64,000 nucleotides of DNA from NCBI GenBank assembly GCA_000004985.1, contig GG738926.1. One strand, given 5' to 3'. Below, one piece after another: positions 35,117-45,051 of this stretch. Both the position numbers and the translations under genes were made by a program. The stretch is from Naegleria gruberi (taxonomy: Eukaryota). Under the pieces are notes generated by a model. That model saw nothing but the letters and a program-made list of their open reading frames with translations. It was not told the origin of the DNA and made no database searches. Numbering within the stretch: position 1 is the first letter of the stretch; every line of letters starts with the position of its first letter.

Positions 35117-35908
35117 TTATTCCGTTTCTTGACTTTTTTCAATTCTAATAACAGCAAAATCCGTTTTCTCTGGTAATATTTCGGCAATCTTTGTATTTTG
35201 AGTAATGTTAGAGAATATGAGTGTTTGTATTCTTGTATATGATAGCATTTTAGCAATTTCTTTCAATTCTTGCTCAAATCCCATTCCCACCATAAAATCA
35301 ATATCATCCAATACAAGTGAAATCAAATTGGAATGCATAAATCTTGTTGTACCGAATAGGTGGTCCAGTAAGCGACCTGGAGTGGCTATCACAACAGAAC
35401 AACCCTTTCCAAGAGTTTCAACTTGTTCTTGTAGCGATTGAGCACCAACTAACAAACAAGAAGTTTGTGGCATAAATGTCATTAATGATTTACAAACAGC
35501 ATGGGTTTGAATGGCCAATTCTCTAGTAGGACTCACAACAATAACACCTGTTCCATTTCTTGGTTTGAATTTAGCTCTATGTAATGCTTCCAGACATGGC
35601 AAGAGGAAAGCCAATGTTTTACCACTTCCAGTATTAGCTTGAACAAGTAAATCTTTACCATCCAAAGCAATTGGAATTGAATGGGATTGAACAGGTGTCA
35701 TATAAGTAAAAGAAAGTTCTGATAGCGCTCTTGTGAGTGGTTCACACAAATCAAGATTAGTAAATTGGTCATCGGTTAAAAAAGTTGAATTGGATGTGTT
35801 TGTAGATATTTCTTCTTTGGCTTCAGAATTGCTGGTTTCCGATAATGATCCTACAACATCATTCTCTTCCAAAAGGTAGTTGAATGTAGACATTTTTTTT
35901 GTTTTCAA
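35117..35908 (-). CDS. DEAD-box helicase-like protein consisting only of the N-terminal RecA-like domain; DEAD motif degenerated to DDID. Possibly a pseudogene or a truncated regulatory paralogue
   Basis: ATG at 35908. Q-motif F…TPVQ, motif I ANTGSGKT, Ia PTRELA, Ib/GG-like TPGRL, motif [11 protein letters not shown]. No SAT/HRIGR C-terminal domain precedes the stop at 35117. Flanked by tRNA-Lys at 34944 and tRNA-Ile at 36002. Confidence 0.55.
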   Translation of the reverse strand: MKTKKMSTFNYLLEENDVVGSLSETSNSEAKEEISTNTSNSTFLTDDQFTNLDLCEPLTRALSELSFTYMTPVQSHSIPIALDGKDLLVQANTGSGKTLAFLLPCLEALHRAKFKPRNGTGVIVVSPTRELAIQTHAVCKSLMTFMPQTSCLLVGAQSLQEQVETLGKGCSVVIATPGRLLDHLFGTTRFMHSNLISLVLDDIDFMVGMGFEQELKEIAKMLSYTRIQTLIFSNITQNTKIAEILPEKTDFAVIRIEKSQETE

Positions 35909-36001
35909 CTCAACTGGCTTTTAGAAAATGTTCAATGCTTGTTCTTAATCCAACCATAGCATAAATAAATATATGGTGAATATATTTCTTATGAACAAGA
36001 A

Positions 36002-36074
36002 GCTGGCGTAGCTCAGTCGGTAGAGCGTTGGTCTAATAAGCCATTGGTCGCCGGTTCGATCCCGTCCGTCAGCA
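36002..36074 (+). tRNA. tRNA-Ile-like (anticodon AAU), with one mismatch each in the anticodon and T stems
   Basis: GCTGGCG-TA-GCTC-AGTCGGTA-GAGC-G-TTGGT-CTAATAA-GCCAT-TGGTC-GCCGG-TTCGATC-CCGTC-CGTCAGC-A. The overall plan and loops match a canonical eukaryotic tRNA-Ile(AAU). Mismatches are 27T·43T and 50C·64T. Confidence 0.6.
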
Positions 36075-36088
36075 GTTAATTTTATGTT

Positions 36089-36382
36089 TTATTCCCAATC
36101 ATATGGAATACTAACCCCATATGTCACTTCCGATTCTGGATATTTACAAATTGTATATGGAGTCTTATGAGGATGTTGTTTTAATTTCTCAAAAACATCA
36201 TCAAAATCATCGTCCGAAAGAGAGAAGAATCTTACATAGTCCTTATTTTCACAAATATTGTGGAATTGATAATCTTGTCCTTCTTGAAACCAAAACTTTT
36301 GCTTTAAACTGTTCCGAATATTGGCCTTGTTGATAGATCCATTTTTAAAATCAATAAACAGGATGATGTGATACGTTGACAT
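36089..36382 (-). CDS. Small hypothetical protein (~97 aa)
   Basis: ATG at 36382 (MSTYHIILFIDFKNG…). Acidic DDDFDD stretch. No family recognised. Confidence 0.3.
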   Translation of the reverse strand: MSTYHIILFIDFKNGSINKANIRNSLKQKFWFQEGQDYQFHNICENKDYVRFFSLSDDDFDDVFEKLKQHPHKTPYTICKYPESEVTYGVSIPYDWE

Positions 36383-36536
36383 TTTTTTGATTGATTTCAA
36401 GTCCAATTTCTTTTTACAAGATTTCAAGAATGTCGGGTTTAACCGCTGTGTTTCATTTTGAAAATTGAAGTCTTTCAACAAGAATATATTAATCCTTGGA
36501 ATGGATATCAACTTTACAACTTTATTTTACAATAAT

Positions 36537-38825
36537 TTACAGGTCCAACATTTCCATACACTTTTCCTTGATTGGTACAATTCTATGAGCTCTTCTATCT
36601 ATGGTTTCAATCTTTTCGACAATTTCCATACATTTCTTGTATTGTTGATCACTATAACACTCAACTGCATCAGCATACAAATCACAAACATTGATTTCTG
36701 CCTCTGGAGCGTTCTCAGTTTCACAAAGGAGCTCATAAATTACTAATGGCTTGGTCTTACCCTTAACAGTAACTGAATCTAATGGAACACAGAATAATCT
36801 ATTCGAAACTTGAACATAAGTAGCTTGACTGATGGCAAGATAAGTTCCATAATTCTTATTAATTCCTTCAATACGAGAAGCAGAGTTGACATTATCACCC
36901 AATGCTGTATAATTCATTCTTTCAGGAGTACCAACATTTCCAATAAAGGCAGATCCTGTGTGAACTCCAATTCTTGTCTTGAATTCTGGAAGACCCTTCT
37001 TTTCCCATACTCTATATAGATCTTTCAATTCTTTTTGAATTCTGAGTGCTGAATTACATGCTTTGTAAGCATGATCTTCAATTGCGAATGGAGCATTCCA
37101 GAATGCCATGATAGCATCACCTAATTTCAATGTCAGTTATCAATGAATAATTGAAACTTACCAATAAATTTATCGACTGTACCTCCAGATTCAATAATGT
37201 GATGGGTTGCTCTTTCTAGATATTCAGAAAGACATTGAACAAGAGTATTAGGATCCATCTTTTCACAAATTGTTGTAAAGTTTTCAATATCTGAGAAGAG
37301 CAAGGTCACATTCAATTCTTGCACTCCAAGACATGCTTCCTTTGAACTTTCTAATAAAGCTTTTACAAGAGAGCTAGGAACATATTTGTTAAATGAACGA
37401 AGACCAAATTTCATCTTGTCAACAGCTAATTGAATTTCTTTGACTTCTGTCAAGAAACTTCTACGTTGTTTTTTTGAAGAAATTTCCAATCTAGCAATCT
37501 TGTTAATATCCTTACTAAGGGATGATAATGGAAAGGTAATCAACAAGGAGAACACAAAGACAACTGCAGCACCGAATATCATAATTCCCAAACTGATCAA
37601 CAAACCATTTCTGAATTGAATCCAAATGTCTCCCAACACGTCAATTTGTGGAGAGAAGATTACAATAATCCAATCCATTCCATTAATTGAGGATGAGTAA
37701 CTGTATGGAATGGCATTAACGTCAACATCATAACCGTTCCATTGAATACTAGTAGAAGCAGTTCCATTCAATTTCTTCAAATCATACAAACTTAATAATT
37801 TCTGGTAACCTTCTTTTACAAAAGTTGTGTTGCCTTCGAGTGGAGTTGTCTGAACTGGAATTCCATTCTTAATAATGTATGAAGGATCAGAAGGAGATGA
37901 AGAACCAATCAATAATCCGTTTCTGTCTATTAACATGGTCACTGCATTCTTTGAAACTGGTGTGCTTTGCATGAAACTTGATAATGACCTGCCGAATGTA
38001 ACAGAAGACCAAGCATAGTGGAATTCTCCATCAACCCAAAAAGGAGTCACATACGAAATGTAAAAATCTGGATCGACCTGATTGTAACCAACATCCGTCC
38101 AACTTTCTTTTGGATTCGAAACATTCATCAATTTCCAATAGGGTGATTGAGTGTTATCAACACCAGGAACGTGTACAATCAAATTAACTTCACCACTTGG
38201 AGTAACCACAAAGAAATCAGCTCCTTCCTTTGACACAAAGAGTCCATTAGCAAAACTGTAAATGTTCTGAACTCCCCATGCATAGTAACCTGTCTTGTCT
38301 CCTACTGAAGTAAATATAGAATCTGGATTCATACCCTTGAAAACATTATACATGTGATTTACAACTAAAGTGGATTGATCTGTTGTGTTGAATAGTTAAA
38401 ACTTAAAAAACAGTGCTCTACTTACTATGCAGATCCCACTTGAATGTCATGAATTGATTCTTATAAATAGTTGACAAATCAACGGCTGGCTTGAATTTAG
38501 TATTAAGGTAGTTTGCAAGATTCTTCGCATAACCTTCCTTTAATTTCGTGTTCATGTCCAACACTGATGTATTACCCGTGTTAAAGCCAATGAACCAGGT
38601 AATAATCAAAACGACGAGAACAACCAACACGAGAACACACACCAGCAACAATCTAATAGAGAATAAAAAGTTGAGGAAGGAATAGATAGACCGAACAATG
38701 AAAGGAGTCTTATCTTCCCCGTAGAATAGCGAATCGACAGAATGTGCCTTGTGGAGAGCATATACATCTGCCTTGGAACTGTTTTGTGGTGTTACCACTG
38801 GTTGAATACTTGGTGATTTGACCAT
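36537..38825 (-). CDS. Receptor-type class III adenylyl/guanylyl cyclase (~736 aa, three exons): short cytosolic N-terminus, TM1, ~300-aa extracellular sensor domain, TM2, HAMP-like linker, cyclase catalytic domain
   Basis: Exons on the minus strand: 38825..38426, 38379..37162, 37129..36537. Introns are GTAAGT..AACAG (46 nt) and GTAAGT..ATTAG (32 nt); phases verified. TM1 LLLVCVLVLVVLVVLII, TM2 LLISLGIMIFGAAVVFVFSLLI. Cyclase motifs VTLLFSDIENFT, KFIG|DAIMAFWNAP (split by the 32-nt intron), RIGVHTGSAFIGNVG, YTALGDNVNSASRIEG. Confidence 0.8.
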
Positions 38826-39351
38826 GGAGTGTTGTATTAATGCAAGTAAATTCAATAGGCACAAGGTGTATAGTAGTTCAGGCAACTCAATGGTTGTATT
38901 AAGGGTGATTGTTGGTTTGTTTTTTATGTGATTCTAACGTGGAGGAATATCTTGATCAAGTACATTCAATCAGCACGTAAACACTCATCATCTACAGTGA
39001 ATCAGTGATGTGTGGGGTGAATTAACTGAAGCAGGCTTCACTACGTTGAAAACCAAACACTTCCAACGTGCTTGGCAGCAACTGAATATTAAGGTACAAG
39101 AAAACCAATTTAAGCGAAGAGTCAAACTTCCCCCTTAGGATATAAAAGTATATATACGGAGAGTAATCCATGAAGGGCAACATCGATTCTTGTAATATTT
39201 CCCCTCTGCTTATTTGGAAGATGCAGCTATCGGAACTAGATTATAAAAATTAAAGTCTAGATGAACTTGTTGATTCTTAGGAGAAATGAAACACATTTGG
39301 TTTATTTCATTCTTATTTAGTAAGAATTTATGTTGATCAGGTAAAACGCAA

Positions 39352-40755
39352 CTAGTTTTGAGCAAGCAAATTCATTCCATACTCAGTCATGTAAGCGAAA
39401 TACTCGGCTCTTTCTTCTTCTGTGAAAACGGTAACTATTGGACCAGCATAGCCCAATGGCTTCATCAATTGATTGACAACACCTCGAATTGTTTCATTGT
39501 TGAAAATCATAGAATGGACTGGAAGTAACATTAAGGCAATTTCTTCATCAGCTCCAATGACAGTTGAATCTTGCAAATCAGCATTTGACAAGAAGGTGCC
39601 ATCCTTAACTCTAATGTATGCAATCACATCAGGTCCAGTTAATAATGGTGAAGATTGAAGTGAACTGTAGACAAACAAGTTTTCGTTCTGATTGTAAACA
39701 ACCACCTGATTGTTTGGATTGGTATTGTCAATGATAGTAACACTTCCCAAATCAAAACCTCCAGAAGTCACAATTTGTTGCTTGAATGAACCAACAACAA
39801 CCACTTTGCCATATTTGAGCGATTCTTGCAAAGTAGCAAGTGGATTTTCACTAGTGGATGCTAGTTTGGACATGTAGCCAGCAGCCAATGCAATTGGAAT
39901 ACCTCCAGGAACTGAATAATTCTTACATTGTTGACCTGTCATTTTCCACAATGCCAATCCAGCAACTGAGTTGAATTCACTTGATGAAATGATTGGTCTA
40001 GCCAAAGCTTCAACAGCACTTGCACTGTCCAATAAGATGGCCACTGAATCAGCTGGGGTGTTGGCATTTGACAAGATGGAAGGATTTGTGGATATTCCAT
40101 TAGCACTGTATGATGTCATTGTGAGTGTTGGAACAGCTCTTCCCATGGAATCAGACAAAATTACTGGAATTCCAGTTTGAGCAGAAACCAGCATTGGCAT
40201 GAGAGAATTCAATGCTCCAACTTCAACTGGAACAAGATAATCAACATGTTGGCCTTGTGATTGAACAACGTATTGATTGAATGCATTGTAGGCGTTTTGA
40301 GCAATGCAAAACTTGGATGAATCAGTCATGGCAGTTGGAGCTCCCTTAATATAAGAGAAGTTAAACACATATTCATATGTAATGTTGACTTACCATACCA
40401 GCAACGACTACTCCCAATTGATCATCATTCAAGACAGTTGGATCGATGAGTTGAATTCGTGGGACAAGATTTTCATCTTCCATATATTTAACAAGAACTC
40501 TTCCAATTGCAATCTTTAATTAACAAGCCGATGATCGGAATGATAAGTGTCAAATATATTATTTAAATATTATTAATAAATTGATGAGAATCAACCTACA
40601 CTGCCACCACCTCCACAGCCCATTAAGGCTGCTCCGTACATGATTTGTTCCAACTTTTCACTAGTAAGGCCATAAACAGTAGCATAGGCACGATCAATTC
40701 TTTGAATACTTTGAGGAAGATAGAATAATTGAGGATTAGGTGTTGATGAGGACAT
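39352..40755 (-). CDS. Conserved-looking ~422-aa protein with a CGGGGS glycine loop; tentatively DUF917 / hydantoinase-fold-like. Three exons
   Basis: Exons on the minus strand: 40755..40600 (MSSSTPNPQLFYLP…AALMGCGGGGS), 40513..40394 (IAIGRVLVKYMEDENLVPRIQLIDPTVLNDDQLGVVVAGM), 40344..39352 (GAPTAMTDSSKFCIAQNAY…). Introns are GTAGGT..TTAAAG (86 nt) and GTAAGT..ATTAAG (49 nt). The family call is from memory and is low-certainty. Confidence 0.55.
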
Positions 40756-41332
40756 TTTCTTGTGTGAGAAAACATTGTGAAAAAATCAAAAGCAAGACAA
40801 ACAATGTGATAATTTTTGCATCTTCCTCAATAGACATAAAAGTGAAACTGCGCCATGTTGGGAAACCGTAGTAATGAAGAGACTTTTTCCGATGCATTAA
40901 ACAATTAAGGGCAACCTTAGTAGAAATGGCTAAGGAAATTTCCGAGTACAAAAACAGTCTACTCCTAACAAACATGTTGTTTTGAAGACCAAAAACATTG
41001 CTAATCAAGTACATTAAGGTGACCACCTCCAAGAGATGAGAGTGTGTACCTATTATTATGTTGAATGTTTAATCCTATTCAAAAGAGTGAGGGAAATTAC
41101 GGAAGGATTTCAAGTCGGTATACATTTTAAAATAACATTCTTTTTGAATATCTTACTTTGATGTGTGTACAATGAAACAGGAATGTTTCCAAAGAAATTG
41201 GATAGTCAAGTTGTAATATTTAACTGTTCCTGATACCATAGGAATGAGGTTCGGAAAGACACTTAACCAGATAATAATCCAAAACTTCTTTTGCATATTT
41301 TAAAGAAGGAAATCAATGCTATCAAGACATCA

Positions 41333-41530
41333 ATGGAGACTATCTGTTCCAGTCCTCTTTTTCTTTCAGAATTTGATGTTCACGGTGGTGATTGTGGTTG
41401 CCAATTCAAGGAGCATCCTTTTTGGCAAGATTTAAAAAAGAAGAATATTGCCAATAACCTATCTGAGACTTTCATTGCCGTTTATTTTGATTATTATTCA
41501 TGTGTCTTTACTCGAAATGATAACGACTGA
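41333..41530 (+). CDS. Small ORF (65 aa from ATG 41333); weakly supported
   Basis: METICSSPLFLSEFDVHGGDCGCQFKEHPFWQDL… No recognisable motifs. Could be non-coding. Confidence 0.2.
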   Translation: METICSSPLFLSEFDVHGGDCGCQFKEHPFWQDLKKKNIANNLSETFIAVYFDYYSCVFTRNDND

Positions 41531-42076
41531 CACTGGGAAGACTTCTCTATTGCCTATTATCTCTCAAAATGTAAAGACAAGAATGGGTTGAAAAATTAGC
41601 AACGAACTGAACTGAGACGAAGATCACTTGAAATACAATCAATTAATATGCAGGGTGTGTTCTCATTCAATTCGTTCAGAATAAGTTCATTCAATTAGAG
41701 AAGGTGATACTTCCAAAATCAAACATGGACAAGATAAGTTAGTGGATGAGTTATTGAATTCTATTAGTATGGAAAGGTTGAAATTTATCCTTGATTGCTT
41801 TTTTACAACACATCCCCAGTTGATTAACAAAGCATTTAGTGTTTTGCATGAATCAAAGATTGAGAAGGCAGTGCCAGGTTTCATCCTTCAATAAGAGAGA
41901 GACAGCTTTGGCAGAAAGCAATGGTTGCCAAGAAATATCAAATTCTTTACTCCAGAGCATATTTATTGTGAGACTGTTCATGGAATCAAAAAGAGATTTA
42001 ATCTTTAAGGGAATAAAAAGTTAACTTTACAAAAAAGATCTATCCAAATGAATAGTCGAAAAAAGTAAAAGAGAAT

Positions 42077-42149
42077 CGCCCACCGTGGGGGTCGAACCCA
42101 CGACCACAAGGTTAAGAGCCTTGCGCTCTACCGACTGAGCTAGACGGGC
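42077..42149 (-). tRNA. tRNA-Lys (anticodon CUU), copy B; identical in sequence to copy A
   Basis: The reverse complement equals the 73-nt copy A sequence. The same ~35-bp upstream element (atttacaaaaagttgatattgttaatgaaatgtag) and a T-rich downstream tract are present. Confidence 0.9.
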
Positions 42150-42508
42150 TACATTTCATTAACAATATCAACTTTTTGTAAATAAAAATACTATTTTGGG
42201 TGGTGGTAAATCTCCAATATTAAGACGTCACCTAACAATGGTTCATCAAATCAAGTTTTGGTGTGTATTGGTGGATCTAATCAATCAATTCTTTCGCACT
42301 TAATGTGGAGTTAAATTTTCAGTGATGAATTATTCCAACTCGTTGATGGTCTCATTCTTCTCTTGCTTGGAGTCCAATCGGAACAAATGATAGCATTAAA
42401 TCCGTCATTAGTTCCGTTCGCAATTGATGTCGCCAATCCAAGGGAGTTAATTGAAATGTTTCAAGGAACCTTAACAAAAAAAGCAACAACATCAAATTCT
42501 GTTGAAAT

Positions 42509-43312
42509 ATGCAAAATAGTCTGATGAAATATTTAATTGTAATCTTGCTATTAACAATAGCTTTCTCAACAAGAAAAGTTGATGCTCTCAACACAGCTGG
42601 CAAAGATGTATCCAAGTGTTCCTATCAGAATACTGTGAAATTGGGAACAACCATGACTCTGTACTGGAATGTCCTGAAGAATCCAAGTGATTCCACCAAC
42701 CACATTCTTGAATTTGGTTTAATATGCGTCAATGCAGGATATTGTGCTATTGGATTTGATCATCCTCTTGACAAGGGAATGAATTCCATTGACACCATGT
42801 TTGCCTACACAATTTCTGGAACTGCCTATTTGAAAGATGCCTATTGTAAGACCAAACATGTGTTTCCAACAATTGATGAATTGAGTGGAGGAACCAATGA
42901 TTATTTGGAAACCAATGGAGGAGTCATTGATGGTCAGTATCATTATAGATGGAGCAGAAAAGTCAATACTGGAGATTCCCAAGATGCCACTTTCAAGAAT
43001 TCAAATGTCTATGTCAGTTGGGCATATCACACCAGTTTAACTTCAATTGGTGCTACTCACTCTGAAGCTGGACAGAACGTTCAGGTTAATTTTCTTGCCA
43101 ACTCACCAACAGAAACTTACCTTTCTGGAATGATTTATAATTCTTCGTCTCCCTATCCTACTGATTCTTCTAATGATTCTGTGGTAATTGGTGTTGGACA
43201 CAGATATCATTTATATGCATTGGCCATTGCGGTCGGTTCAATGATCATTCTTGGCTTGATTTGTACCTACTTGGGTTCCATCCAATGTAGTTACTCACTT
43301 TTTACTTTATAG
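42509..43312 (+). CDS. Secreted/type-I membrane DOMON-like domain protein: signal peptide, DOMON-like β-sandwich, C-terminal TM helix. May form a single gene with the ferric reductase at 43365
   Basis: ATG at 42509. Signal peptide MQNSLMKYLIVILLLTIAFSTRKVDA. DOMON hallmark GYCAIGFDHPLDKGMNSIDTMFAY (compare GWVAxGFS..G.M.GSD.V). C-terminal helix LYALAIAVGSMIILGLICTYLGS. Only 52 nt separate it from the next ORF. Confidence 0.6.
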   Translation: MQNSLMKYLIVILLLTIAFSTRKVDALNTAGKDVSKCSYQNTVKLGTTMTLYWNVLKNPSDSTNHILEFGLICVNAGYCAIGFDHPLDKGMNSIDTMFAYTISGTAYLKDAYCKTKHVFPTIDELSGGTNDYLETNGGVIDGQYHYRWSRKVNTGDSQDATFKNSNVYVSWAYHTSLTSIGATHSEAGQNVQVNFLANSPTETYLSGMIYNSSSPYPTDSSNDSVVIGVGHRYHLYALAIAVGSMIILGLICTYLGSIQCSYSLFTL

Positions 43313-43364
43313 AAAGGTAACCAAGTTAATTCCATATGATTTTCTAGGAGTTTCCTACATTAAC

Positions 43365-44783
43365 ATGTTCCTAGATTTGACAGTTGGCGAAATGATTGTC
43401 ATTTCAGTCTATTGGGCATTGATGGTGATCTGGTTCAGTTATGGAGTTGTAAATCAAGCAGATCCTTTCATTCCAAGAAAGATTTCTTCTGGATATGTAC
43501 AAATGATCATTTTGAATTACATTTTCCTGTTCATTCCTGTAACTAGATATAATGTCTTGCAAGCATTATTCGGTATTTCATTTGAAAGGTCTTTGAAATT
43601 CCACAAGTGGCTTGGTTTTATGATTTTTGGATTTGCTACTGGACATGGTGTGACGGAATTCGTTTCATTCAGAGATAACATACCTTACATGTTCTCTGCA
43701 GAGGATCAATTCCCACTATTTGGAATAATTGCTTGGTTATCTCTTGGATTATTATTGCTCTTCTCTTTCAATCCTATTAGAAGAAAGCTCTATGAATTAT
43801 TCTTAGTTTTCCACATTCCTCTAACTTTGGTCACTGTCACCTTCTCAATCATTCATGGAGAAGGTTGGATTAATTTACTTCCTTATATGGGATTTTCAAT
43901 TATTTTAATGGTAATTGATTGGGCTTTGCGTTTAATTATTGGATTTGGAATTCCAACCAAGTTGACTCAGATATCATACGATGAGGATTCTGAAGTAACA
44001 ACCTGTGTATTTGAAAAAAGATTCTTGACATTCTTCCATGATCCAAACCATGCTCACTATGTTTTCGTCTACATTCCACAAGTTTCCATCTACCAACTTC
44101 ACCCAATGACAATCAGTTCCTCTGTAAAGCTTGAAAATGGAAATCATCAATTCATATGCCATATTAAACGAATGGAAGGAGGTACATGGGCAGCCAAGCT
44201 TGCTCAATTGGCTAAATCTAAGAAAATGGTTTCTGAATACTACGGAGTCAGAGTGGAAGGAGCATATGGCAACTTGTCAATTCCATTCTTTGCAAAGAAG
44301 AATGATCAGAAGAGAACCATTGTATTCATAGTTGCGGGAATTGGAGCAACTCCTTGTAATGCTATTTTGACAGCACTAGAAGATCCAAAATATAACGATC
44401 CAACTCCTTATAAGGTATATGTTAACTTTACAATGAGAAATGAGGCAACTTTGGCCCAAATGAGTAAGATTATGCAACAGAAACCAAATGTTGAATGCTC
44501 ATTCTATGTAACTGGTGTTAAATCTGTGAAAAAATCAATAGAGTTAATGGAGAAGGGTCAGGATAATAGCGAAGACAAGAGATTTGTCAGAGGATCAAGA
44601 CCTAACTATGTGGAATATTTGGAAAAGATCAAATCTCAAATTATTCAATCAAAATCACTTGAATATGTTTCTGTTTTTGCTTGTGGTCCATCTAAAATGA
44701 TGAATGCAGTGCATAATGCTGTGTGGACATGCAGTGATTCATCTTGCCGATTCGAGTTGCACAAAGAAGAATTTGAATTTTAA
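43365..44783 (+). CDS. Ferric-reductase / NADPH-oxidase (FRE/NOX) family transmembrane oxidoreductase
   Basis: Ferric-reductase TM domain with bis-heme His pairs (FHKWLGFMIFGFATGHG … LFLVFHIPLTLVTVTFSIIHG). FAD-binding HPMTISS (HPFT-type). NAD(P)H-binding IVFIVAGIGATP. C-terminal CGPSKMM. ATG at 43365, stop at 44783. Confidence 0.8.
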   Translation: MFLDLTVGEMIVISVYWALMVIWFSYGVVNQADPFIPRKISSGYVQMIILNYIFLFIPVTRYNVLQALFGISFERSLKFHKWLGFMIFGFATGHGVTEFVSFRDNIPYMFSAEDQFPLFGIIAWLSLGLLLLFSFNPIRRKLYELFLVFHIPLTLVTVTFSIIHGEGWINLLPYMGFSIILMVIDWALRLIIGFGIPTKLTQISYDEDSEVTTCVFEKRFLTFFHDPNHAHYVFVYIPQVSIYQLHPMTISSSVKLENGNHQFICHIKRMEGGTWAAKLAQLAKSKKMVSEYYGVRVEGAYGNLSIPFFAKKNDQKRTIVFIVAGIGATPCNAILTALEDPKYNDPTPYKVYVNFTMRNEATLAQMSKIMQQKPNVECSFYVTGVKSVKKSIELMEKGQDNSEDKRFVRGSRPNYVEYLEKIKSQIIQSKSLEYVSVFACGPSKMMNAVHNAVWTCSDSSCRFELHKEEFEF

Positions 44784-44894
44784 AATTGGTTTTCTTTTTA
44801 ATAAAATCACCAACATCAACGTTATGAGTACATTCCTTCAAAACAAAGCAAACAGTGTGTTAGTACAATCATATTCTAAAGCCAAAAGATAAAT

Positions 44895-44967
44895 CGCCCA
44901 CTGTGGGGGTCGAACCCACGACCACAAGGTTAAGAGCCTTGCGCTCTACCGACTGAGCTAGACGGGC
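44895..44967 (-). tRNA. tRNA-Lys (anticodon CUU), copy C; single-base variant in the 3' acceptor strand (C to T on the + strand, giving a 7C·66A mismatch)
   Basis: The reverse complement equals copy A except for one substitution (cactgtggg versus caccgtggg on the + strand). A related upstream element (aaaagttgatattcaatgtgaaaggtag) is present. Confidence 0.8.
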
Positions 44968-45051
44968 TACCTTTCACATTGAATATCAACTTTTTATATC
45001 CTAAAACTTGAGTTTTTGTAATATTTTGTTTTTTATTTTATTATCACATCA

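Noticed and set aside
40736-41032. 98-aa minus-strand ORF overlapping the start of the DUF917-like gene
   Set aside because: Only a 20-nt overlap with the true exon 1. The rest is promoter/5' region with no splice or motif support.
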